A stretch of DNA of 64,000 nucleotides from an uncultured bacterium (GTDB lineage: Bacteria; Patescibacteriota; Saccharimonadia; UBA4664): assembly GCA_963720265.1 (NCBI GenBank), contig CAVRET010000001.1:133916-197915 (forward strand), in the 5' to 3' direction. Within the stretch, counting starts at the first letter, position 1, and every line of letters begins with the position of its first letter. This document shows positions 18,008-27,491 of this stretch, piece after piece. The notes beneath the pieces are model-generated. The model was not told where the DNA came from, ran no database searches, and worked only from the letters and a program-made list of their open reading frames with translations. The position numbers and the translations under genes were made by a program.

Positions 18008-18409
18008 ATGAGCCCAGCGGATCAGGTTCCGCGTACGCGACTAGTTGAGCTGCCCGAGCTTTACCGCGCGCGGGTGGGCGCGGCTCTATCACTACGTGGA
18101 TGGCTTCGCGCTCCTCGTCTCGGCGCGGTCGAGGAGCCGGAAATGGATTGGAGGCTCGAGGTTTCCGCACCTGATGGTGCCTTCTGGTTTATCGTAGTCT
18201 CACGGGCAGAAGGTTTGCCGGTCTGGCGACGGGCCGGGCAAAATGAGCCACCGGTGCGGAGCGGCTACTTTTTCGGGGAGGCCGAATACATACTGCCGGG
18301 GTTCGGGCCGGCCGCTTGGCCCTGCTTGGCGCTTCGGACCAGAGACACCGAGTATGCAGATCTAGCGATTCGGGTCTGGGACTTCACTGCCGTCGACCGG
18401 GTCGGTTAG
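18008..18409 (+). CDS. Hypothetical protein (ORFan)
   Basis: SD GGGAGG before ATG; downstream 14-bp hairpin 18427-18463. Confidence 0.55.
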   Translation: MSPADQVPRTRLVELPELYRARVGAALSLRGWLRAPRLGAVEEPEMDWRLEVSAPDGAFWFIVVSRAEGLPVWRRAGQNEPPVRSGYFFGEAEYILPGFGPAAWPCLALRTRDTEYADLAIRVWDFTAVDRVG

Positions 18410-18598
18410 TGCGGTTTTCGCGGTACGATATGTTGGCCGCTCGACCTGGGCGGCCAACATATCTCAGCTACCCTCAGTTATTATCATTGTTGCCCAAGCT
18501 TTAGCATTTTGGTACGGTAGACGTTGCTTTGAGCGCTTCTTTCACAATCCGAATGTGAGCTTACGGATTGTGTCTCGCCCGCGATGAAGGGAGCTCCC

Positions 18599-19963
18599 AT
18601 GGGAGCACAAACGCGACGGCTGTGTTTGCTGCTGGTACTTGTGATCCTGTGTTTGCCGGGGCTACTGGTGCCGGCGGCCCTGGCCGGAACTACGCCGCAA
18701 GCCATACAAAGTGCTGCGCCTCCGGTTACCACTTCCCCGCCGGCCTCCTCTCTCGTGCAGCAAGTCGATGCACTGGTTGGGCCGAGCTTGGATTTCCTTA
18801 GTATTACAGCCACGGGCACGGTTGACGTGCCGTGGAGCGACGGTAGTACACGGCGTGTAGTTGTCACGCCGGGCTTCCAGGCAACCGTATTTTGCTCCGG
18901 GTCAAATATCTCGGATGCCGGTCTTGTACTAACGGCCGGTCACTGCCTCGATCCAGCTGAGTTTATCAATGTGCTGATTGATGCAACCTACAACTACCTG
19001 CTGCAAAACCAGCAAATACCATCTGGGCTGACGCCGGCTGACGCCGAGGCCGACTGGACAGTGGAGACTGGGACGATTCAGCTTTCGGTCAACGTGTACC
19101 CGATGGTCGGAGCTGCAACCGTGGGCGACTCCGGCCCGATGGTGGCGAACGTTCTATACGACGAGCCACTTAGCCAGGGCGATGTGGCGGTTCTCGTGGT
19201 GAGCTTGCCTGCGGGCATGACTCTGCCGGCGCTGCCATTGGCGGCAGCTGTGCCGCCGGTTGGCACTGCGGTTGTATCGGCCGGTTTTCCTGGGAGCACC
19301 TTCGGTGCCAGCACTGCCAACCTTGGCACGCTCGTGCCTTTTTATGGTGTCGGCAACACTGAGAGCGAAGAAGTCATCGGGAGCGCCTACTTTTTTCCTG
19401 TCAGCTCAACGATTGCAGAAGGTATGTCCGGTGGCCCAACGGTTGACCTGAGCGGCCAAATCGTCGGCACCAACTCGCTCATTCAGAGCAGTAATTCGCA
19501 GGACGAGAAGATCAGCGCGATCACCGACATTAGCCATATCCAGTCGGTAATTACGCGCCACGGCTACACGGCGCGGCTGAGCACGGCGGATGTGTTGTGG
19601 CGGACCGGTATGGCCGATTACTGGAAAGGGTTGTACCGCGAGGCAGTGGGCCAGCTGCGGCTGGTGTTCGCGATGCAGCCGGACAATCTGCAGGCGCAGC
19701 ACTATCTGGCGTTGGCACGGGCAGACGAGCCCCTGGAACAAGAGCCCAAGCCAAGCCTAACGGTAAGCTCCAAGCCGACGAGTAGCCTAAAGCCGGCCCT
19801 GGCGCCCCAATCGGCGACATCGGGGCCGATCCGGCAGCATTCGACCCGCACGTGGCTGTATATCACCCTTGCGGTAGCGCTCATTCTGGGGACCGGCGGG
19901 ATCATTGCTTGGCGGCGCCTCATTCGTCCCGGTATGCGCCCGAGGGTGGGCCGGGGCCCCTGA
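18599..19963 (+). CDS. Secreted, membrane-anchored trypsin-like serine protease with TPR-like segment
   Basis: Signal peptide, LTAGHC, DVAVL, GMSGGP catalytic triad motifs, C-terminal TM. Confidence 0.85.
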   Translation: MGAQTRRLCLLLVLVILCLPGLLVPAALAGTTPQAIQSAAPPVTTSPPASSLVQQVDALVGPSLDFLSITATGTVDVPWSDGSTRRVVVTPGFQATVFCSGSNISDAGLVLTAGHCLDPAEFINVLIDATYNYLLQNQQIPSGLTPADAEADWTVETGTIQLSVNVYPMVGAATVGDSGPMVANVLYDEPLSQGDVAVLVVSLPAGMTLPALPLAAAVPPVGTAVVSAGFPGSTFGASTANLGTLVPFYGVGNTESEEVIGSAYFFPVSSTIAEGMSGGPTVDLSGQIVGTNSLIQSSNSQDEKISAITDISHIQSVITRHGYTARLSTADVLWRTGMADYWKGLYREAVGQLRLVFAMQPDNLQAQHYLALARADEPLEQEPKPSLTVSSKPTSSLKPALAPQSATSGPIRQHSTRTWLYITLAVALILGTGGIIAWRRLIRPGMRPRVGRGP

Positions 19964-20056
19964 GCCAAACATCGGTTTGCGCATGTGAAGTACTCAAAGC
20001 TGCAGGGCCGCCGGTACATGTTGCCGGCGGCCCGAGAGCCTGACTTCAACTTGGAT

Positions 20057-20434
20057 TTAAATTAGTTTGCTAATAATTCCGGCCAGCTGGCTCGGAACAA
20101 TGTCGGCCTTAATGATGTAGCCGTCAGCCTGGGCACGTAGAGCTTCCTGGCTGGTTTTGTTTTGCGCTAAGTTGGTGAGAATGACAATTTTGGTCTCAGG
20201 GTGGCCTTGGCCGTCGTCGCCGCGCAATACCCGTAAGACTTCAATACCCGTTTTCTCCGGCATCATGATGTCGAGCAAAATAAGACTGTAGTGCCCTTCC
20301 AGGGCTTTTTTAAGACCTTCGTTGCCGTCATACGCAAAGTCAACGTGATAGCCGGCGTGCTCGAGCACCCGGGCATACATCTCGGCAATTGGTTTGTCAT
20401 CTTCAATGAACAGAATGTTTTTTGATCCAGCCAT
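20057..20434 (-). CDS. Stand-alone response regulator receiver protein
   Basis: ILFIEDD, LDIMMP, LTN, K. Confidence 0.92.
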   Translation of the reverse strand: MAGSKNILFIEDDKPIAEMYARVLEHAGYHVDFAYDGNEGLKKALEGHYSLILLDIMMPEKTGIEVLRVLRGDDGQGHPETKIVILTNLAQNKTSQEALRAQADGYIIKADIVPSQLAGIISKLI

Positions 20435-21950
20435 GGGCACCTCGTGAAATGGTTGTGGTGGTTTCATTATCCTTGGGAGCATCAGTTAGTGCAACCGGCC
20501 TCAGCGGCAGGTGGAACGTAAAGGTAGTACCCTCGCCTTCGATTGACTCCACCCAGATAGTGCCGCCGTGGGCTTCGACAATCGACTTGCAGATAAAGAG
20601 GCCCAGGCCGGTGCCGGCGGTCGTGGCCTTCATGGTGTTAACCCGAAAGAACTTGGTAAACAAATGCGATATGGCGGCAGCTGGGATGCCGACGCCGTTA
20701 TCGGTAACTTTGGTTTCAATGCCGTCGCCGCGGAGCTCAACGCTGATTTCAATCGCGCCGATGCCGCTCGCAGTATGAGCGAAGGCATTATCGATCAGGT
20801 TGATGAGTACTTCATGAAGTGCGCTGGCGTCGGCGGAGAGTGTCGGTAGCTTGAGCGGCAGCATGAGTGTGAGGCTGCGGCGCTGCTGTTTCGCACGTGG
20901 TTGCAGATTGTGCACAAATTCTTTGAGAAATTCAGCGTAATTAATGGGCTCGGGCTGGTAGCCGAGTTCGCCGTGCTCGATGCGCGAGACGTTGAGTAAG
21001 TTGCGCATCAGGCCTGAAAGCTGCTCGGCCGAGGTAACGGCGTGCTTGAGAAAGCCGCGGTCGGTGCGCGACAGCCCTTTGGCTTCGGCGGCTAGGATAT
21101 CGAGGTAGCCTTTGATTTCGGTCAGCGGTGTGCGGAGTTCGTGGGCGGCTAACGCCACGAAGTCGATTTTCATTTGATCGAGCTGATGGGTAGAGGTCAG
21201 GTCGTGGAACGTGACGAGTGTGGCGATGCCGTTTGGATCGTCGCTCAGCACGACGGCTTGCACGTCCACGTACAAACTCTGGCCGTCGGCGCGGTAGAGC
21301 TCAAGCTCGTGCCAGCGGCCGATGTGTTCGGCTTCGGTCCCTTGCTGCGCCAACCAGCGGGTCATAACGAGCTCACCGTGGGCGCGGAATGGCAGGACTT
21401 TTTCGGCCAGCTGCCCGGCCACTTCCTCAATACTGCGGCCGGTTAGTAGACTGGCGGCTTTGTTAAAAAGGATGATGCGGCCGGCCTTATCGAGTGCGAA
21501 GACGCCGTCGGTCATGGAGTTCAGTACGCTATGGAGCTTGCCGCGTTCGGCCGCAATGAGTTGGGTTTCGCTGGTCTGCTCCGACAACGTCTGCTGGAGC
21601 TTAGCCGCCAGTGCATCAAGCGCCTGGCCAATTTCGGCAAATTCCTTGGCACCCCGAATCTCCGTCCGGGCCCTGAAGTTACCGCGCACGAGTTCGAGGG
21701 TGGCACGATGGATGTCGCGCACTGGTTTGGCGAGCAGCTCGGCAAACACAAAGCTCAGTGCCACAGCCGGCAGCACACCTAGCATCATCACCGGTAGTAC
21801 GAACGAACTCAAGCCAACAAACTGCAGGCTATTGTTTGAGTCTTGGGAGGAGACATACCAAACCGCGCCCACAATGAGGGCCGGTACGATCGAGACGATA
21901 AAAAACAGCGCGAGCGTCTGGCGCTTGAAGCGGTTCGACCTGAGATCCAT
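20403..21950 (-). CDS. HAMP-PAS histidine kinase
   Basis: Two TMs, HAMP, PAS, AAHELRTP, NLIDNA, DNG.GI, GTGLGL. Confidence 0.93.
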   Translation of the reverse strand: MDLRSNRFKRQTLALFFIVSIVPALIVGAVWYVSSQDSNNSLQFVGLSSFVLPVMMLGVLPAVALSFVFAELLAKPVRDIHRATLELVRGNFRARTEIRGAKEFAEIGQALDALAAKLQQTLSEQTSETQLIAAERGKLHSVLNSMTDGVFALDKAGRIILFNKAASLLTGRSIEEVAGQLAEKVLPFRAHGELVMTRWLAQQGTEAEHIGRWHELELYRADGQSLYVDVQAVVLSDDPNGIATLVTFHDLTSTHQLDQMKIDFVALAAHELRTPLTEIKGYLDILAAEAKGLSRTDRGFLKHAVTSAEQLSGLMRNLLNVSRIEHGELGYQPEPINYAEFLKEFVHNLQPRAKQQRRSLTLMLPLKLPTLSADASALHEVLINLIDNAFAHTASGIGAIEISVELRGDGIETKVTDNGVGIPAAAISHLFTKFFRVNTMKATTAGTGLGLFICKSIVEAHGGTIWVESIEGEGTTFTFHLPLRPVALTDAPKDNETTTTISRGAHGWIKKHSVH

Positions 21951-22026
21951 ACCTATAATTCTAATGCTTGTGCGGCCGACGCGCTAGTTCATGGTACAAT
22001 TTAAATCTATAAACAGGAGTGAGTGA

Positions 22027-22503
22027 GTGAATTCGAAGTGGATTGCGGTGGGCGTATCGGTTGGCCTTATTGTGGTGATTGTGGGCGCCGTGGCTTTGTT
22101 ACAGGCCAGTTCCAAGCCCAAGGTCGCTCAGGCTACAAGTACGCCGGCGTCGCAGGCTTCGTCTTCCGGCTCAAGCGATAAATTGCAAATTACTGATGAA
22201 AAAGTTGGTACCGGCGACGAAGCCGTGGCCGGTAAATCGGTCTCAGTGAGCTACACTGGTACACTCTCAGACGGCACTGTGTTTGATTCAACTGCCAAGG
22301 ACGGTGGTAAGCCTTTCACGTTCACCCTCGGGGCCGGTCAGGTCATCAAGGGCTGGGACGAGGGCGTGGTCGGTATGAAGGTCGGCGGCGTGCGCAAACT
22401 AGTAATTCCTCCGGATCTCGCTTATGGATCTCAAGGCGCCGGCTCGACTATTCCGCCGAATGCTACGCTGACGTTTGAAATCACGCTGCTAAGCGTACAG
22501 TAA
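22027..22503 (+). CDS. FKBP-type peptidyl-prolyl isomerase, membrane anchored
   Basis: V.YTG.L.DG.VFDS, G.VIKGWDEG, IPP.LAYG, IPPNATL.FEI.L. Confidence 0.95.
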   Translation: MNSKWIAVGVSVGLIVVIVGAVALLQASSKPKVAQATSTPASQASSSGSSDKLQITDEKVGTGDEAVAGKSVSVSYTGTLSDGTVFDSTAKDGGKPFTFTLGAGQVIKGWDEGVVGMKVGGVRKLVIPPDLAYGSQGAGSTIPPNATLTFEITLLSVQ

Positions 22504-22508
22504 TTTTT

Positions 22509-23165
22509 CTATAGCTCCTGTAGTACTTCGCGCAGGTCGTGAATGTGATGGTCACCGTGCTCTGATCGGAACGTAATGTTCGGATGGGCGTATAGATAGC
22601 CGATAGCGCCGACGGCCTCGGCTAGTGCCATGTCTCCGCCGGAGTCACCAATGACGATCAGCCGGTCGTAGGCTTTGTCGGCAACATAGCTTTCGACCGC
22701 CATTTGTTTGGTGCGCGTGGCGTTTTTGGCATGCTGATTAACGGCAATGGCATTATTTGCTCCAAAATAATCGCCAAGGCCGAGCGCGTCCACATAGAAT
22801 GGTACTGATTCGTCTTTGGTGTTTGAGAGTAGTACTTGATGGTGCCGAGAGCGGTGGATAGCGTCGAGCGTTTCAACGGCATGCGGCGCCGGTACCATGT
22901 AGTCGGCCACGATTTTGGCTCCGGCTGGGCTGTTGGATAGCGCGAAGCATGCCTCCTGGAGCTCAAAGTGGCGATCGGACGGCTCGTTTGGCAAGAGATA
23001 TTCGAAGTATTGAAACCACTTGAGGCCGTAGAGCTTGAAAACGTCGGTGTCGCTAAAGCGCTCATGGTAGCCGAAACGCTCCAGGATCTGGTTTGACATA
23101 TCAACTGCAGCCCGCTCATTCCCCTGCTCGAGTGTGCCATGGAGGTCCCAGATAAACAGCTTCAT
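22509..23165 (-). CDS. HAD-superfamily hydrolase
   Basis: WDLHGTL motif I, LSN, K, IGDS..D. Confidence 0.85.
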   Translation of the reverse strand: MKLFIWDLHGTLEQGNERAAVDMSNQILERFGYHERFSDTDVFKLYGLKWFQYFEYLLPNEPSDRHFELQEACFALSNSPAGAKIVADYMVPAPHAVETLDAIHRSRHHQVLLSNTKDESVPFYVDALGLGDYFGANNAIAVNQHAKNATRTKQMAVESYVADKAYDRLIVIGDSGGDMALAEAVGAIGYLYAHPNITFRSEHGDHHIHDLREVLQEL

Positions 23166-23279
23166 AAAGCTTAGTATAAGCAGTAGCTGTGGGTTGATAA
23201 TACTTGATTTTTTATTGTTTTTATGCTATTATCTCTTCAATCCGCTGGGATCCGTCTGGTGGTGCATCAAGGAGACATC

Positions 23280-23828
23280 ATGGTTACTGCGAGGCACGAG
23301 CTTTTCAAGACGCTCTCTCGGCTAGGCAATGGCCTAATCGAGAAAAACGGCGAGGAGCCGGGCACGTGGGAAATCTGGTTCGCGGGTGACGATTACGGTC
23401 TCACCCCGGAGCAGTTCAGGGCTCTCTGCGAAGACAACGAAGATGGGTATATGTACGAGTCGCACTGCATTGCCAGGTTTGAGGGAGACGCGATGGTTTC
23501 GCGCATCTCGACCGGCCACGAACAGTACGGGCTCAACGTCCTGACCATGTTCCTGCGTATTTTCCAGGAGCAGGCCAAGCTGATCGATCCCGATCCGTAC
23601 ATCGTAGATGTCGAGTTTGACCTCCGAGTGAACGGAGAGCAAATCGATATCGACGTTATTGCGGTCGAGATCGGCAGCGACAGTCAGGGCATGACCGACC
23701 CAGAGTTGCCGCTGCACCGGTGGTGTCTGGGACGCTTTGTGTACGACCCGGTGCAGCAATGCATCGCGGCCCGCGAAGTGAGGCCGAAGCCCGTGAGGGG
23801 TCGGCCGTCGTGGGAGTCGTTCTCCTAA
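23280..23828 (+). CDS. Hypothetical acidic protein (ORFan)
   Basis: SD AAGGAG; TG-C-TATTAT -10 upstream; coding-like codon bias. Confidence 0.6.
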   Translation: MVTARHELFKTLSRLGNGLIEKNGEEPGTWEIWFAGDDYGLTPEQFRALCEDNEDGYMYESHCIARFEGDAMVSRISTGHEQYGLNVLTMFLRIFQEQAKLIDPDPYIVDVEFDLRVNGEQIDIDVIAVEIGSDSQGMTDPELPLHRWCLGRFVYDPVQQCIAAREVRPKPVRGRPSWESFS

Positions 23829-23964
23829 TTTAGGGGGCGACTAGCTTTACCTTTGAGTTTTCCTTGGCGTATGGCGTTTTTAAGCGCCACAAAGTGTGTT
23901 TGTAGCTTCATGAACAATGCAGCTGCGAAGTTTAGACGATGTGCTCACGATTTGAAGTGAACAC

Positions 23965-23995
23965 GGGACGTTGCCGGTAGGCGGCGTCCCCTTTT
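23965..23995 (+). terminator. Intrinsic terminator
   Basis: GGGACGTTGCC-GGTA-GGCGGCGTCCC followed by CTTTT. Confidence 0.75.
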
Positions 23996-24007
23996 CATTT
24001 TTGTAGG

Positions 24008-24646
24008 TCAATCTTGCCGATGAGCGTCGCAGTATTGGGCGGTGTGCGAGTTTTGGCAGAATTCGTAGCCCACGACTGCGTGGAGGTTGGCGAAGTACGG
24101 CGCCTGCTGTTGGCCGCGACTAGTAGTTGGGCCAGACGCGATGCGAATTTGAACGGGAATGGTGCCGACACCTAAGCTGTCCACTACCCGGAAGCTGCCG
24201 CGCGAGAGATCGATGACACGGCCGGTCCAGACGGCCGGTCCGTAATCATTTACCAGACAGACAACATGATTGTCGTTGTCGAGGTCGGTGACGTCGAGGT
24301 AGGTGCCGCGAGGGAAGGTACGTGAGGCGCAAGTGAGGGCGTCGGGCTCAGGGAGGCCGAGTGCGTACCACGAGCCTCGGCCGGATTGTACTACCGGGCC
24401 GTCCGCGGGTTCAGGTGTGGGCGCCGGCGCCAGTACTGGGGCTTGGATTTTGATGCCACCGGTGCCGTCGTGGATCGGCACACTTACGGTTGGCTTATTA
24501 AGCGTGATGGCATACGACAACGAGCCGGTTGAGATCGTCGCTAGCCCGATCAAAAAGGTACGCAGGATGTGGCGGGAAGTTTTCTTTTTGACCAGCTTCT
24601 TTTTGGTGAGGACGTGGCGGATACGCCGTTTTGTTTTGGCCTTCAT
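24008..24646 (-). CDS. RlpA-like double-psi beta-barrel (septal lytic transglycosylase family) protein
   Basis: G.GSWY, TCASR.FP.GT...V, V.C.VNDYGP, R.IDLS...F. Confidence 0.85.
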   Translation of the reverse strand: MKAKTKRRIRHVLTKKKLVKKKTSRHILRTFLIGLATISTGSLSYAITLNKPTVSVPIHDGTGGIKIQAPVLAPAPTPEPADGPVVQSGRGSWYALGLPEPDALTCASRTFPRGTYLDVTDLDNDNHVVCLVNDYGPAVWTGRVIDLSRGSFRVVDSLGVGTIPVQIRIASGPTTSRGQQQAPYFANLHAVVGYEFCQNSHTAQYCDAHRQD

Positions 24647-24768
24647 CTAGCTTTCTTTTACCATAACCGGGATGGGTGGTCAAATTTTTGTGCCCCGGGG
24701 TCGCTTGACTCCCGGGGCACCCATACTGGACTGTGACTGATTATGAATGGTAGGTGTCTCTTCGGATG

Positions 24769-25221
24769 CTAGTCGCCGAACACGTCGCGCCAGGGCTCTA
24801 GGCACGCGGCGCGAGCGGCTGGGGTCAGCTGTGGACCCCCCACTGCTTTGTTGACCAGGCCGGCATCGAGACGCGCGATCGCGGCGAGCCCGACGTGGTA
24901 CGAAAATTTCAGCGCTTCGGCGCCACCGAACCCGAGCCTACTGGCGATTCGTTCGGCAAGGAGCCGGATCGCACCGGCTTCGGTCAGGACTGACTCCCGG
25001 GAGACGGTAGCCCATGCCTGACCCCACGAGATTGAGCTTGCCGGCTGCCAGGTGAGGCGCCGGATCTCATCGGTGCTCATGGCGAGGAGCCGCTTCACTA
25101 CGAATACGCCGGCCCTGGACGCGATGCCAAGTATTCCGGCTACTTCAGCGCATGTGAATACCACCTCGTCTGTGGATTCCACGTCGGCGACTTCCGGCTT
25201 TGGTTTCGACCTGGTGGACAT
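24769..25221 (-). CDS. Hypothetical protein (ORFan, possible N-terminal HTH)
   Basis: SD AGAAAGGAAG; FTCAEVAGILGI resembles an HTH start; downstream hairpin 24690-24720. Confidence 0.55.
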   Translation of the reverse strand: MSTRSKPKPEVADVESTDEVVFTCAEVAGILGIASRAGVFVVKRLLAMSTDEIRRLTWQPASSISWGQAWATVSRESVLTEAGAIRLLAERIASRLGFGGAEALKFSYHVGLAAIARLDAGLVNKAVGGPQLTPAARAACLEPWRDVFGD

Positions 25222-25327
25222 CAGCTTCCTTTCTAATATTCGTTTGACCTGGACTGATAGTATTAAACCATTATAAAAACAAAAATGAGAGCAAGGCGCT
25301 CTCATTTTCGTGCGAACGTTTGACTAG

Positions 25328-25531
25328 CTAGACGACCGCTGCGTCGAAGGCTTCCCAGTCGGCCTGGCCAACAAACTTGGTTAAGTTGCGGCCCTGATAG
25401 CTGCCGCGCAGGGCGTAGCGGACCTGAACCTTACCGGCCTTGGTGGTGCGCTCGTACTTGGTTTTCTTAACATCGGACTCGGGAACATCGACCTTTTGGC
25501 GGGTCTTTACATCGTAGAACGAAACACTCAT
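25328..25531 (-). CDS. Small basic protein resembling archaeal chromatin protein CC1
   Basis: SD GTGAGG; FYDVK...YE.T..G...YAL...G...F.G pattern. Confidence 0.6.
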   Translation of the reverse strand: MSVSFYDVKTRQKVDVPESDVKKTKYERTTKAGKVQVRYALRGSYQGRNLTKFVGQADWEAFDAAVV

Positions 25532-25639
25532 GAGTTGACCTCACTCTTACGTGTCTGCACTATAGGGCACGCGTGAGGCGCTTGTCAAACTTGTTGGCTT
25601 GGGTACGGGAGCAAGGTTGGATTCCCATCTGTTGAAGGA

Positions 25640-27121
25640 TTAACCGGCAAGAACTTTGACAGCCCGTGTAAGTCGGAACATAACCGTTCTTTTGCCAAGT
25701 ACGGCGAGCGTTTCGAATAGTCCGGGGGCAGCCGTGCGATCGGTGACGGCGACTCGGATGAGACTAAAAAAATGACCAGGTTTGAGCCCGTCCGCCTCAG
25801 CGAAGCTTCTTATTTTGACTTCCAGTGCTTCGACTGTCCAGTTGGACTCCTCAATGCGATCGAGCTCACGGGCGAGACTGTCCAGGCGTGATTGCGCAGT
25901 TTTGGCGTCGTAGTTCTTGGTCAGCAATTTTTGATAGTCTGGTACGTCGACTGCTTTTGTATCCATGAAAAAGAAGTCAGTTAGTTCGGGCAGGTCAGAT
26001 AATTTGGTCAGACGGTCGTAAACGAGCGCTAAGACGTCCTTGCGGTTAGGGGTCGGAAGTTGATTACTAGTTTGTGGCCAGAAGGGCTCACAGCGCGCGA
26101 CGAGCTCATCTGGGTCGGTTTGCCACAGTTGGCGGATCATTTTGCCATTGACCCAGGTGAGGCGCTCGAGATCGAAGCGGGCTGGACTTTTTTGGATGCG
26201 ATCCAATGTGAAGCGCTCAATCAGCTCGGGCGTGGTGTAAATTTCCTGTGTGGTGCCGTCGTTCCAGCCGAGGGTGGCAAGGTAGCTGCGCAGGGCTTCG
26301 GGGAGATAGCCTTCGTCGACGTATTCCTGTATTGAACGCGCGCCCTCGCGCTTGGAGAGCTTCTTGCCGCCGGTGGGGCCTTGAACAGCCGGAAGGTGGG
26401 CAAAGATGGGTGGCTGCCAGCCGAAAGCGGCATAGAGCAGAAGATGCTTGGGTGTGGAGGGGATCCATTCGTCGGCACGCAGTACGTGGCTGATTTCCAT
26501 GAGGTGGTCGTCGACCACGTTCGCAAACTGATAGGTCGGGTAGCCGTCGGCTTTTATGGTTACGAAATCGTCGAGGTCTGCGGTCTTGAACTCGAGGCGT
26601 CCGCGCACGGCGTCATCCCAGACGACAACTGCGGGCTCATCCGGGATGCGGAAACGCAGTACGTGTGGTTCGGCGTCGGTTTTTTGGTTTTCGGGAATAA
26701 GGCAATGGCGGTCGTATTTGAACGCAATACCTTTGGCTTGGGCCTCTTCGCGCAGTTTGCTTAATCGTTCCGGACTGCACCAACAGCGGTAGAACGCGCC
26801 GGACTTTAGGAGTTCCTGTGCGTGTTTGCCGTAAATCCCCTGCTGTTTGCGCTCCGATTGGATATAAGGGCCAAATTTCCCGCCCTGCAGCGGGCCTTCA
26901 TCCGGAGTTATGCCGAGCACGTCGTGACTGGCGTAGATTTGATCAGCGGCGCCCTCAACCAGGCGGGCACGATCGGTATCTTCAAGACGCAGCACGTAGG
27001 TTCCGCCGGTGTGGCGTGCCCATAGCCAGTTAAAGAGTGCGGAGCGCATGCCCCCGATGTGGAGTAGGCCGGTGGGGCTGGGCGCAAAGCGGACACGGAC
27101 AGGCTGATTCGTGCTTGACAT
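25640..27121 (-). CDS. gltX: Glutamate--tRNA ligase
   Basis: RFAPSPTG.LHIGG (HIGH), LR.EDTD..R, VVDDH.M.ISHV.R, KKLSKR. Confidence 0.97.
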   Translation of the reverse strand: MSSTNQPVRVRFAPSPTGLLHIGGMRSALFNWLWARHTGGTYVLRLEDTDRARLVEGAADQIYASHDVLGITPDEGPLQGGKFGPYIQSERKQQGIYGKHAQELLKSGAFYRCWCSPERLSKLREEAQAKGIAFKYDRHCLIPENQKTDAEPHVLRFRIPDEPAVVVWDDAVRGRLEFKTADLDDFVTIKADGYPTYQFANVVDDHLMEISHVLRADEWIPSTPKHLLLYAAFGWQPPIFAHLPAVQGPTGGKKLSKREGARSIQEYVDEGYLPEALRSYLATLGWNDGTTQEIYTTPELIERFTLDRIQKSPARFDLERLTWVNGKMIRQLWQTDPDELVARCEPFWPQTSNQLPTPNRKDVLALVYDRLTKLSDLPELTDFFFMDTKAVDVPDYQKLLTKNYDAKTAQSRLDSLARELDRIEESNWTVEALEVKIRSFAEADGLKPGHFFSLIRVAVTDRTAAPGLFETLAVLGKRTVMFRLTRAVKVLAG

Positions 27122-27131
27122 GGACCTTATT

Positions 27132-27470
27132 TTATAGCCCGAGTGCGCTGGGGTCAATTTGCGTCCACTCTCCCCCATCCTCACGGTAGAGATTGGTACG
27201 CAGACTGGTTTCGGTTGGGTCGTAGACGTTTTCGTAACGCACGCTTGCCCCGGCCCGGCGGGCGCCGATGGTCTTGCGATCGATAATAGCCGGGCCAACG
27301 ACCCGCTCGAGCTTGTAGCTATCCCCTCCTCGCTCAAACACCACAAACGAAACGTGCTCGGTGAGATCTTTAGTACCCTCTACGGCGCGGGTGGCGCGGC
27401 CGTGGTCTTTCAGGCCGAATTTGGCTTCAATGGCATCAACGATACGGTCCCAGGCGTGATCTTCCGGCAT
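27132..27470 (-). CDS. Hypothetical protein
   Basis: SD AAGGGG; in operon-like position before gltX. Confidence 0.7.
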   Translation of the reverse strand: MPEDHAWDRIVDAIEAKFGLKDHGRATRAVEGTKDLTEHVSFVVFERGGDSYKLERVVGPAIIDRKTIGARRAGASVRYENVYDPTETSLRTNLYREDGGEWTQIDPSALGL

Positions 27471-27491
27471 AGCAAGTCCCCTTTTGATTTA

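Noticed and set aside
1332-23900. Shared 13-mer CACAAAGTGTGTT at 1332-1344 and 23888-23900
   Set aside because: Isolated 13-bp matches are expected by chance in 64 kb, and the contexts differ
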